Assembly: GCA_963743305.1 (NCBI GenBank)
Contig: CAVUPH010000008.1
Coordinates: 67,679 to 131,678, forward strand
From: an uncultured delta proteobacterium
GTDB lineage: Bacteria; Desulfobacterota; RBG-13-43-22
Length of the DNA stretch: 64,000 nucleotides
Direction of reading: 5' to 3'
The notes under the pieces are model-generated. The model saw nothing but the letters and a program-made list of their open reading frames with translations, was not told where the DNA came from and searched no databases. Positions within the stretch are counted from its first letter, which is position 1. Each line of letters starts with the position of its first letter. The position numbers and the translations under genes were made by a program. Shown here in pieces: positions 1 through 9,587 of this stretch.

Positions 1-2
1 AC

Positions 3-92
3 AAATTCAGGAATAACCAGTCCGAACCGCTTACCGCACCGCACCCGGCAGAGGAGTCCGAGATAGGAAGGCAAAACGCGGATCATTTATGA
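3..92 (+). CDS. possible 3' end of an upstream gene (partial)
   Basis: Frame 3 is open from the window edge to TGA at 90-92 (KFRNNQ...ADHL*); no recognisable motif. Confidence 0.3.
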   Translation, partial: KFRNNQSEPLTAPHPAEESEIGRQNADHL

Positions 93-122
93 GTCTCTGA
101 GTCCCGGGTCAGGAGGGAAAAT

Positions 123-266
123 ATGAGTGATTTTGCCGAAGATCTCCGCGATCTGGATATGATGCAGATCGCCACGCATCCCCTGCTCACTTCGGCGCCC
201 ACGGTGCATCCTTTAATCAATGCTGCGCACCAGGCTCTGGCAAAACTGAGGACGGTTACGAAGTGA
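123..266 (+). pseudogene. 47-aa ORF resembling the C-terminal tail of a pyridine nucleotide-disulfide oxidoreductase (NADH oxidase-like); probable remnant
   Basis: RBS AGGAGG at 111-116; translation MSDFAEDLRDLDMMQIATHPLLTSAPTVHPLINAAHQALAKLRTVTK; in-frame stop at 90-92 upstream. Confidence 0.45.
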
Positions 267-288
267 TCTTCCGGATCGGAGCTGAACT

Positions 289-1287
289 ATTCAAACTTCA
301 ATAACCCGCTTACTTAAAATCCATTATCCTCTTCTCCAGGGGGCCATGGCCTGGATTACCGGAGCGGATATGGCCGCCGCGGTCTGTGAGGCTGGAGGGT
401 TGGGAACCATCGCGGCGGCCACTTTTCAGCCTGAAGAGTTACGGAAGGAAATTAGCCGGCTTCGCCAGATAACCGCAAAGCCCTTTGCGGTCAACATCCC
501 CCTCCGTCTGGCCTCCGCCAAGGAAGCCATCGAGGTGGTTTTCGAGGAAGAGGTGCCCGTTATCGTTTTCTCTGCCGGGGATCCACTTCCCTGGGTCCAG
601 CGATTCAAAAAGGCCGGACGGATCATTTTGCAGGTCGTCTTCAACCGGGAGATGGCCGAAAGGGCGGATCAGGCCGGGGTGGATGCCTTGATCGCCATGG
701 GGGCCGAAGCCGGCGGTAATCTCTGTCCCGATGAAATAAGCACCCTGGTTTTGATACCGCTGGTGCAAGATAGTACCGATTTGCCGATAATAGCGGCCGG
801 AGGAATCGCCGATGGCCGTGGTCTGGCCGCGGCCTTGGCCCTGGGGGCGGAGGCGGTTCAGTTAGGTACCCGGCTATTGGCTACCCGGGAAGCCACACTT
901 CATCCTCATTATAAGCAGGCGGTTTTATCGGCCGGGGATACGGATACTACGGTCATCGGTCGTTTTACAGGACTGGAGTTTCGAGTTTTCAGGAATCAGC
1001 GGGTCCGGGAAATCCTGGCCTTAGAACGACAGGGGGTAGATAAGAAAAAGATCGACGACCTGACCATAGCCGCCCTTCGACTGGCCGTGGCCGAGGGAGA
1101 CCTGGAAAAAGGGGCGCTGATGATGGGACAGGGGGTGGCCCTCATCCACAAAGAAATGACCCTAGCCGATCTTTTCAGCCGGATTACGAAAGACGCGGAG
1201 AAACGTCTTCAGACATTGGCTTCGTTGACGGGAAAAGGAACCAGGAAAAAATCTTCATTCACCAGGGGGACCATTCCTTCCCCTTAA
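289..1287 (+). CDS. nitronate monooxygenase / FabK-type enoyl-ACP reductase family flavoprotein
   Basis: QGAMAWI, GGLGTIA, PFAVN, GAEAGG, AAGGIADGRG, GAEAVQLGTR. The family N-terminus (ITRLLKIHYPLLQG) continues in frame upstream of ATG 346 to an ATT at 289. Confidence 0.85.
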   Translation: MQTSITRLLKIHYPLLQGAMAWITGADMAAAVCEAGGLGTIAAATFQPEELRKEISRLRQITAKPFAVNIPLRLASAKEAIEVVFEEEVPVIVFSAGDPLPWVQRFKKAGRIILQVVFNREMAERADQAGVDALIAMGAEAGGNLCPDEISTLVLIPLVQDSTDLPIIAAGGIADGRGLAAALALGAEAVQLGTRLLATREATLHPHYKQAVLSAGDTDTTVIGRFTGLEFRVFRNQRVREILALERQGVDKKKIDDLTIAALRLAVAEGDLEKGALMMGQGVALIHKEMTLADLFSRITKDAEKRLQTLASLTGKGTRKKSSFTRGTIPSP

Positions 1288-1308
1288 AAAGTAAAGGAGG
1301 AGAAAGTG

Positions 1309-1659
1309 ATGGCTAATTTTTTGTTTGTCTTGAGCAAGGATGAGGTGGAAAAGGCGACCCGTTGTTTCCAGTTTGGGAAAATAGCGCATTCCAAGGGACA
1401 TCAGGTGAATATTTTTCTTATCGACGACGGCGTCAAATGGGCCGATTCCGGGCGGGACCTGACCATTAAAACGGTTACCGGCGATTGTCCCCAGGACTAT
1501 CTACCCTATTTGGTAGAGCATGAAATCCCGATCGGGGTCTGAATCCCCTGTGCCCAGGCCCGTCAGGTGGACGAGGCCAAGTTTTTCTCCAACATGGTTT
1601 TGGATGGGGGACCCCATTTAATCGACCTGGCTGCAGAGGCCAAGGTCTTTAATTTTTAA
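1309..1659 (+). CDS. DsrE/DsrF-like selenoprotein (UxxC motif)
   Basis: DsrE motif VNIFLIDDGV; TGA at 1540-1542 is followed in frame by IPCAQARQVDE...KVFNF to TAA at 1657-1659; a SECIS-like hairpin follows the TGA. Confidence 0.85.
1557..1578 (+). promoter_or_regulatory. putative bacterial SECIS element
   Basis: Hairpin GGCC-CGTC-[AGGTG]-GACG-A-GGCC; the G-containing apical loop starts 22 nt after the UGA. Confidence 0.7.
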
Positions 1660-1717
1660 ACAAGCCGATGGTTGGTCCCCTAAAAGATCAGCCCGTTCGC
1701 CAGCAGGAAGAAAAATA

Positions 1718-2843
1718 ATGCCGCCAACAGATGCGCCCAAAAGTCACCCGGTTGGAATGAATCCTGTTTTTTCGATCCCGCAGCTTTACGAGGCCATTCT
1801 CAGAAACCTGCCGGTCGGTTTTTCCCTGGTCGACCAGGAAGGAATTATCCTGGAGTTTAATCCGGCCGCGGAGGAGCTCACGGGATATTCGCGAGATGAA
1901 ATTTTGGGGAAATCCCACCTCCAGATCTTCCACGGCTCATCCGATCCCCATTCCTGTCCTTTATTTTCACAGGCCTTTGAACAGCGCACCTCTTCGATCG
2001 CCACGGAAGGAATTCTTTATAAAAAGACCGGGGAAGCGCATTACCTTATCTTTGACGATCTTTCCACTCTTTGACGACGCGGGAAATTTTCTCGGCGGGG
2101 TCGAATTGTTCCGGGACATCACTGAAATAAAGCAGAAGGAAAGGGAACGAAAAAACTTTCTCTCCATGCTGGTCCACGACATGAAAAATCCGATCGTCAT
2201 CGGCGAAGGTTTTTTGAACAGGCTGCTCGCCGAAAAGGCCGGTCCGCTCACGGAAAAACAGAAGGATTACCTGTCCATCATCAGGGATGAAACCGCCAAA
2301 TTACAGCGAATAGTAGCGGACTTTCTCGACTTTTCCAAATTTGAGAGAAATCAATATCAACCGGCCCCGGCCCCCTATAATCTGGAAGAAGCCCTCGGCC
2401 ATCGACTCGAAGCTATGCGGGTAATGGCCGAGAAAAAAAACCTGCAATTATCTTTCGAATATGACCAGGAAAGCCTGCCCATTATTTACGCGGATGCGGC
2501 CATGATCGACCGGGTGATCTCGAATCTTCTGGACAATGCCGTCAAATATACCGAGGTGGGGGGAGCGATAACCGTGCGGCTGGTAAACCGAACTGAGGAC
2601 GTTCTGGTGGAGGTCTCGGATACCGGGATAGGCCTTCGTCCGGAAGACTTGCCCTGCGTTTTCGATGCCTTCTGCCGGATCGATAAAAAGGCCGAAGGCT
2701 CCGGCCTCGGGCTATCCATCGCCAAAGCCATTGTGACCGCCCATGGGGGAACGATCTCGGTAGAAAGTACTTTTGGAAAGGGCAGTATCTTTCGCTTCAC
2801 CCTGCCGAAAAACGGCAGGGCCTATACGGGGTTTTCCAGCTGA
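1718..2843 (+). CDS. PAS-domain sensor histidine kinase (frameshift near 2031)
   Basis: PAS (FNPAAEELTGY...ILGK) in ORF 1718; H-box SMLVHDMKNP, NLLDNAVKY, DTGIG and GSGLGL in ORF 1896; frames join at the G-run near 2030-2033. Confidence 0.85.
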
Positions 2844-2888
2844 AAAAATACCGTTATCGCTCAAGGAAGAATATTCATATTGAAAGCT

Positions 2889-2933
2889 TGAACCCCAGTC
2901 CCGTCTCCTAAAACAGGACGGGGCTGGGGTTCA
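2889..2933. terminator. hairpin between convergent genes
   Basis: TGAACCCCAGTCCCGTC ... GACGGGGCTGGGGTTCA. Confidence 0.65.
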
Positions 2934-2983
2934 CCAGATAAAGCAGGGAAACGGGCTGTTCGGCTACATTGTCAATACCGGAC

Positions 2984-3800
2984 TTAAAGCACCTTGCCGG
3001 GCCATCCCTGTTCCAGGTTGTATTTTTGGACCTCTTCGATGCTGGACAGGGCTTCAATCGCCGCCTTATGGTCCCAGGAGGCCTGGTAGTTCCGGTATAC
3101 CCATCCGGTCATGGCCGCCTGAAACACCAGGAGTACCTTTCGGTCCATGACGATATTCCGGTTGTCCGCCGAGCGCCAGCCAAACCCCTCCGGTAATTTG
3201 GAGTCTGAGGCCGCCAACATGGCGGTTGTAGCGGCCAGGGCGTTTCGACTCCGCTCGCTGCTGTCGAACAGAACTCCTTTGAATTGTACTCCCCCCGAAA
3301 GCTTCCGGTCCCGTAACGCATTGACATCTTGTTGCCGGGCTTCTTTGACCTCTTCCAGGGTGACCAGCAATTTCCTGATGATGGCCATCAGCCGATCCGG
3401 CTCAACCGGCTTTTCCAGAAATCCGTCCGGCTCGCGAGGCAATGAAGCGCCCCAGCACCTCCTCCGAGGTCTTATCGTCCAAAACCGGGCCGTCCTCGCG
3501 AAACTGACGTAATTCCGCCAGGTGCTTCAGGAAACCGCCTTCTCCGGTGAGGATGATGATCGGGATGTCCTTGAGGCGCTCATTTCCTCTGAGGTCGTTA
3601 AAAACCATAATGCCGTTTTTCTTGGGCATGCGCAGGTCGAGGAGGATCAGCCCGGGCTTGACCGTCTCCACCTTCTCCAACCCTTCCACTCCGTCAAAGG
3701 CCGCCTGGATGTCCGTAAAGCCGTTCTCCTCCAGGATGGTGGTCAAATAACGGACATTGCTCTGGTCATCATCAATAATCAATACATTCACAGGTTTCAT
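2984..3800 (-). CDS. response regulator receiver domain with C-terminal DUF4376-like domain (frameshift near 3433)
   Basis: REC motifs LIIDDD, LLDLRMP and IIILTG in one frame; the essential FLEKP is in the other frame, followed by RDRKLSGGVQF...FDS...WRSADN...HKAAIEAL...GWP. Confidence 0.7.
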
Positions 3801-3916
3801 GGTCTTCTCCTTTGAGGGCCTTGTTATCGACTAGTAGTATATAGATTAACCGCCTCAAAAAAACAAGGGTGTTTTCGCAGTCGAAGCCTCGTATCCTCCG
3901 CTTGGAGCCCACAGAT

Positions 3917-5816
3917 CTACTCGTTCGATCGTTGGAGTTGGGAAGGGATCGACACGCTAAACCGGGAGCCCTTTCCGGGCTCGGATTCAACCGAAATCTT
4001 GCCGCCGTGCTCCTCAATAATCTTGGCGGTGGTACTAAGCCCGAGGCCGGTCCCTTTATAGCTCTTGGTGCTGAAAAACCGTTTGAAAAGTTGTTCCCGG
4101 ACCTCCGGGCCCATCCCGATGCCGTTATCGCTCACGATAAAGCGGATCTCCCGGTCGACTCGCTCAATCCGAACATCCACCCGGGGGCTTTCCCCCGGGG
4201 CGTAGGTTTTTTCTTTGCAGGCCTCCACGGCGTTGGTTACCAAATTCAGCAGGGCGCGCCCGACGGCATCCGGATCCAGGTGAGCGATCTCATCTTCTCC
4301 CCCGCGGCAGGTGAGCGCAATGCCCTGCTGCTGGGCGGATTTCCGCACCAACTCCACGGCGTCCCGGGCCAGTTGATAAGGGCTGACGGGAACAGGAACG
4401 GGTCTTCGCTCCCGGCAATAGCTCAGCAGGTCCAGGCTGATCTTGCTGATCCGGTCGACGCCTTCCTGCACGGTCTCCCAACCCTCACGGGTTAGTTTGG
4501 AGTCATTCCGTTTCAGGCCCACCTCCACCATATAGGCGCCGCCCTTCAGTCCGTTCAGGACGTTTTTCATGCAATGGGTAACGCTGGCCACCGTCTGGCC
4601 TACGGCGGCCAGCCGCTCCTGCTCCAGCAGTTGTTTGCGCAGACGGTTTTCCTCGGAGATGTCCTTGCTGATCCCAACGGTGCCCAGGACCTTTCCCTGA
4701 ACATCCCGCAGTTGGGCGAGGGAAAGGCCGATTTCCACCACCTGCCCGTTCTTGGCGACCAGAGCGCCCGTCGTGTTATTCACCGCCCCGCTGGCTTCAA
4801 CCTGTCTCATGATTTCCCGGCGAATCCCAGGCTCTTTCCAGAATTTTTCCATCGGGACGCCGATCATCTCGTCCCGGGTGTAGCCCAGCATCCGCTCAGC
4901 CGCCGGGTTGACGGTCACGATACGACCCTCTGTATCGGTGGTGATGATCAAGTCATAGGAGTTGGAGAGAATATTCTCCAGGTATTCCTTGTTCCGGCGC
5001 AGCTCTTCCTGAAGGGCCACCTCTTCCGTCACATCCCTGGAGATAATGGCCAGGGAATCCATCCCACCCTGCTCATTAAAAATCGGGAAGCGCACCGTAT
5101 TATAGTAGCGGACTTCGCCGGCTATCTGCATCCGATCTTTGGAGAATCGGGTCTTCCGCTCCCTGACCACCTCCTGATGGTTCTCATACATGGCCCTGGC
5201 CTGGGGTTCAGGGAAAAGCTCAAAATCCGTATGGCCGATGACCTGTTCCCGGGATAAACCCGTGGACCGACTTCCGGCCGGATTGACGTACAGGTACCGA
5301 CCTTCCAGGTCTTTAATGATAATGACGTCGTGGGCCGACTCCAGGAACTGCCGGAGCTTGTTTTCCGACTCCACCTGCAAGGCCTGTTTCTCGATTTCCA
5401 TCTGAATCAAGTCCCACAGCAGCCGGGCACCGCGGTGGTCGATGAAACTGACCTCCAGAGGGATGGTCCGAATGACCTGCTCCCGGACCGCCGGGGAGCC
5501 GGTCAACTCGATGATCAAATTCGAGTCCGGGAAGACTGTAGAGTTCAGAGAAATCCTCGGTCGTGAACAATCCCAGCTCTCGGGCGCGGGAAATGCCGGG
5601 GGCTTGCGGGTTGGGGTCGGCCACGCCCAGGATTTCCATTTTCAGGTGGGTTAGACGTTCGTCGCTGAGCAGGGTGAGCAGGTCCGAACAGGACTTTCCA
5701 CCGCCGATGATCGCCGCCTTGAGCGGTACGCGGGATTGGCCCCCCCGCCGGAGGGGATAAACTTTTTCCCGAGAGGCAGCGATACTGGGATTCGTTTCAT
5801 CGGTGACTTTAGGCAT
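3917..5816 (-). CDS. PAS-PAS histidine kinase with N-terminal Rossmann-like (BkdR N-terminus-like) domain (frameshift near 5522)
   Basis: AAIIGGGKS...GVADPNPQAPG...IIELTG; two PAS domains; VTHCMKNVL, NLVTNA, DNGIG, GTGLGL. Confidence 0.85.
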
Positions 5817-5957
5817 AATCCATTTTTTGAAGCGACTTTCCGGACTAAGGCAAGCGGGCCGGCCTTTGAAATTGGAAAAATAATAGGTTCAGACACCGCG
5901 AGCAATTAGCTCTTGTTCGGAATCCTTTCAGAGAATAATTCTTGTCTAAGAATTTCT

Positions 5958-5973
5958 TGCAACCCTCGTACCA
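5958..5973 (-). promoter_or_regulatory. sigma54 -24/-12 promoter for the kinase/receiver pair
   Basis: TGGTAC-GAGGG-TTGCA on the minus strand; TGAAAC motifs ~200 bp upstream (6163-6190). Confidence 0.7.
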
Positions 5974-6287
5974 ACTAGGCGGCTGGTAATCGTCACAGCC
6001 GGGATCTGCTCCCAGGGGTTATTCACGGATAGGGTGTTTTTTCATATTATCGCCTAGGGGATCGCCTACATGTGTCACACCTGCGAAACAGGAAAAATTA
6101 ATTATTACTGCTTAAAATATGACAGAAATCTATATTTCCTATTAAACCTCCGGGTCCCTAAATGAAACCAAAGAAGCAAAAAAATGAAACTCATAGGTTA
6201 CACAACCGGGGACGGTATCCATTTTGGCGTCTCCGGCAACCGGAGCTTTATGATCCAGAATAACGATAAAGCCGGCCCCGGCCCGTT

Positions 6288-7649
6288 TCACTTTTTTCGG
6301 CTGCGGCCGTCCGTTTCCGGCACCTCCAACTGCAAGGCCTTTATTTTTCGGTAGAGGGAGCTCACATCAATACCCAGCTCCCGGGCGGCCTGTTTCCGGT
6401 TTCCCGAACAACGCCATAAGGTTTCCAGGATGAGCCGCTTTTCCATGGCCTCCAGGCTCATCGGGCCGAAGGTTTCCCCGGTGGAATCAGCGGGCGGACG
6501 CATTTCAGGAGGCAGATGCGTCATCTCGATCAACCCGCCGCGGCAGAGCACAAAAGCCTGCTCGATAATGTTTTCCAGTTCCCGGATATTGCCCGGATAA
6601 TCATACTCCAACAGCCGGGCCATGGCCTCCTGGGAAATCCCGGCAATCTGCTTTCCCTGCAGGCGGTTGAACTTGGCCACTAGATGATCCACCAGGAGCG
6701 GGATGTCTTCCCGCCGTTCCTTCAGGGGCGGCAGCTTCAGATGGATAACATGCAGGCGGTAATAGAGGTCCTCGCGAAACCGGCCGGCCTGAATGAGCCC
6801 GGTCAGGTCCTGATGGGTGGCGGCCACGACCCGGACATCCACCGGGACAGGTTCGAGACCCCCTAGAGGCTCAACCTGGCGTTCCTGGAGCACCCGCAGC
6901 AGGCGTACCTGCATGGCCGGCGAGATATCGCCGATTTCATCTAAGAACAGGGTCCCCCCGTTGGCCAGGACAAAGCGGCCCACCTTTTCCCGTTTGGCGT
7001 CGGTAAAGGCCCCGGCCTTGTGCCCAAACAGTTCGCTTTCCAGCAGGGTGTCCGGCAGGGCCGCGCAGTTCAAGGCCAGGAAACGCTTTTTCCGGCGGGG
7101 AGACTGGTTGTGAATAGCCTTGGCGAAAAGTTCTTTCCCGGTGCCGCTGGGGCCCTCAATCAGCACCGTACTGTTGCTTTCGGCAATCTGAGGGACCACC
7201 TCGAATAACTGCATCATGGCCGGACTTCGTCCGATGATGTCCTCAAACGAATGCCGGTTGAGCAATTCTTTTTGCAGCTCCTCGACCTGGCTGAGGTCCT
7301 GAAAAGTTTCCACTCCGCCGATGACCTCTCCGGCGCTGTTTTCTAGAATGGCGGTGCCGATGCGGATCGGCACCCGTTGTCCCCGGTTGTTGATGATGCC
7401 GGCGGTGGCGTTAACGATCGGATGGCCGGTGGTGAAGGTTCGCTTGAGGGCACAATCCTTTTCACAGATATCGGCGTGAAACACATCGGAACAGGAGCGG
7501 CCGAGGGCCTTCCTTCGGGACACGCCGGTTATCCGTTCCGCGGCCCGGTTAAAAGCCGTAATTCGCCAGTCGGGACCAACCGTAAACACCCCTTCGTTGA
7601 TGGAATCCAGGATAACGTCTCGTAGACCTATTTCCTCCTCCATTTTCAT
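6288..7649 (-). CDS. PAS-domain sigma54-dependent transcriptional activator (Fis-type HTH)
   Basis: GPSGTGKE, ESELFGH, GAFTDA, LFLDEIG, YPGNIREL, C-terminal HTH. Confidence 0.95.
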   Translation of the reverse strand: MKMEEEIGLRDVILDSINEGVFTVGPDWRITAFNRAAERITGVSRRKALGRSCSDVFHADICEKDCALKRTFTTGHPIVNATAGIINNRGQRVPIRIGTAILENSAGEVIGGVETFQDLSQVEELQKELLNRHSFEDIIGRSPAMMQLFEVVPQIAESNSTVLIEGPSGTGKELFAKAIHNQSPRRKKRFLALNCAALPDTLLESELFGHKAGAFTDAKREKVGRFVLANGGTLFLDEIGDISPAMQVRLLRVLQERQVEPLGGLEPVPVDVRVVAATHQDLTGLIQAGRFREDLYYRLHVIHLKLPPLKERREDIPLLVDHLVAKFNRLQGKQIAGISQEAMARLLEYDYPGNIRELENIIEQAFVLCRGGLIEMTHLPPEMRPPADSTGETFGPMSLEAMEKRLILETLWRCSGNRKQAARELGIDVSSLYRKIKALQLEVPETDGRSRKK

Positions 7650-7800
7650 CCCCAGGCCTCCAGTACCTCACTACTATTAATCGTGCAAAATAAAATCTTT
7701 TTCTTTCAATAGAATAGTATTTTGAATGACTATTGTCAACGATACAAGGGAAAGATTTCCCAACCAGCCGCTTTTAAACAACTATTTAATCGCCGGGCCT

Positions 7801-7816
7801 TGGCCCCCGGATTGCA
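7801..7816 (+). promoter_or_regulatory. sigma54 -24/-12 promoter
   Basis: TGGCCC-CCGGA-TTGCA just upstream of ATG 7830, divergent from a sigma54 activator. Confidence 0.7.
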
Positions 7817-7829
7817 TTTTATAGGATTC

Positions 7830-8247
7830 ATGAAGGTCGCAGTGGCTCATTGGCAGGGGAGGGTAGCTCCGGTGTTTGACGTATCGGACAACGTCTACCT
7901 GATCCAGTGTACGGGAGGGCGGGAAGTCAAGCGGGAAAAAATAACCCTGAACTGCCATGATCCCTTCCACCGGGCCAAAGAGGTAACCGGCTTAGGGACG
8001 CAAACCCTGATCTGCGGAGCGGTTTCGACCCCTCTGGAGACAGCCCTGGAGGCGGCCGGGGTCCGGGTCATCGGGTTTATCTGCGGCGACCTGGAGGTGG
8101 TCCTCCGGGCCTTTTTGTGTGGGATCGCTGCATCGACCCTGCTTTCGAATGCCCGGCTGGGTTCCCCGGGGCCGGCCAACCCGCTGCCGCAGGCTAATTA
8201 ACTGGAACCCGGAGATGCGGAAATGGAAAAAAACGGAAAGGGGGTGA
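7830..8247 (+). CDS. NifB/NifX-family (dinitrogenase FeMo-cofactor biosynthesis-like) protein (frameshift near 8121)
   Basis: MKVAV...RVAPVFD...LICGAVS...FICG; the shifted frame restores the family-like tail CFRMPG to TGA at 8245-8247. Confidence 0.75.
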
Positions 8248-8252
8248 TTTGT

Positions 8253-8498
8253 ATGCCTCGTGGTGATAAAACGGGACCGTTGGGCCAAGGCCCCATGACC
8301 GGCCGGGGCGCCGGGCCCTGTACTACCGGTTCTTCGAAGGGCCTTCTGGGCCGGAAATTAAACGGCGATTTTGGGCAACCGGGTTCTTTTCAACGGAAGG
8401 CCGGTAACGGTTTTCTGGGTTGGTTCGGTCTGGGCTTGGGTCGAGGCCGGGGTAGTCTTTCGGGCCTGGGAAGCCGTCGTCGTTGGTTCAACTGGTAA
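8253..8498 (+). CDS. DUF5320-family Gly/Arg-rich protein
   Basis: MPRGDKTGPLGQGPMTGRGAGPC signature. Confidence 0.8.
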   Translation: MPRGDKTGPLGQGPMTGRGAGPCTTGSSKGLLGRKLNGDFGQPGSFQRKAGNGFLGWFGLGLGRGRGSLSGLGSRRRWFNW

Positions 8499-8557
8499 TC
8501 AATGTTTTCTAATCTATACTCAAACAGAAATTCAACCACCGGAAAGGAGGTTCGATC

Positions 8558-8918
8558 ATGCCCAGAGGGGACAGGACAGGGCCCATGGGAATGGGGCCGA
8601 TGACCGGCCGGGGAGGCGGGTATTGCACCGGCTCCGGGAGGCCCGCATTTAATCAGGGAGGCTGGGGTAGCTTTTTCAGCAACGGCCCGGGTCTGGGTTC
8701 CGGCTGGGGAGGCGGCGGCCGAGGGTTATGCCGTTGGTTCTTCGGTGCCGGTCTGCCGGCCTGGAGGCGTTTCGCCGGTGGGGGTGCTTCCGTTCGAAGG
8801 ATCGGATCCGGATTTGGAAAAACGGTCGCTGAAAGGCCAGGCGGAAGCCTTGCAGTCCGAGTTGGACAGGATCAAAAAACGCATTCAGGAAATGGAATCC
8901 CGCCCCGCCTCCGAGTAA
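8558..8918 (+). CDS. DUF5320-family protein with C-terminal coiled coil (frameshift near 8783)
   Basis: MPRGDRTGPMGMGPMTGRGGGYC; after a G-run the shifted frame reads LKGQAEALQSELDRIKKRIQEME to TAA at 8916-8918; RBS GAAAGGAGG. Confidence 0.8.
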
Positions 8919-8927
8919 ACCCGCTGC

Positions 8928-8968
8928 AAAAGGCGGCCCGTCTCCCGGTAGGGAGGCAGGCCGCCTTT
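8928..8968. terminator. intrinsic terminator
   Basis: AAAGGCGGCC...TCTCCC-GGTA-GGGAGG...GGCCGCCTTT directly after the corrected stop. Confidence 0.7.
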
Positions 8969-9115
8969 ATAAATTTTCCCTGGCGCCCGGAACGCCCCGG
9001 TTCCCGTCAGGCTGAACCCCTCAGAGAACCGTCAGCCGGACATTCCCTCGCTGGACGGCGTTTCGATTTGACACCCATGGCCAGGACCTCCGCGGTGTAG
9101 GAATTCCCCAGGATA

Positions 9116-9587
9116 TCAGGACACTACCCAGACGGTGCAGTTGCCGGCATGATTTACGATCTTGCTGGAGACACTCCCGAAGAGAAACTGCTCTTTTCTG
9201 GAAAGACCCTGCCGGCCCACCACGATGGTATCGTACTTTGTCTCCTCTCGTTCAGCGAGAATACACTCGGCCAGGGAGGGGCAGTAACGGAGGGGTAGAT
9301 CGAACCGATACCTTGGATGGGTCGAAGCCGGCATCGATAAGGATTTGACGGTACGATTCCAAAAGGCTCCCCATTTTGGCCCGATATTTTTCGAGCCATT
9401 GATCCTTCTCGGCCGAACTGGGGAAATAGTCCTCTTCCGGGTCCTGGATGATATGCAGAATGGTCACCTTGGAGTCGGGTATCCCTCCGAGCAATTGGGC
9501 CACGTAAGAAACGGCCCGCTGGGAATTCTCAGACCCGTCGACGGCGATAAGAAAGTTCTTGTTGAATTTCTTGGTCTCATCAGGCAT
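9116..9587 (-). CDS. universal stress protein (frameshift near 9295)
   Basis: FLIAVDGSENS at the N-terminus; IVVGRQG...FLFGSVSSKIV...CTVWVV at the C-terminus in another frame. Confidence 0.85.

Noticed and set aside
2984-3400. Prophage remnant
   Set aside because: No other phage genes, integrase or att-like repeats; the domain is in frame with the end of a receiver domain.
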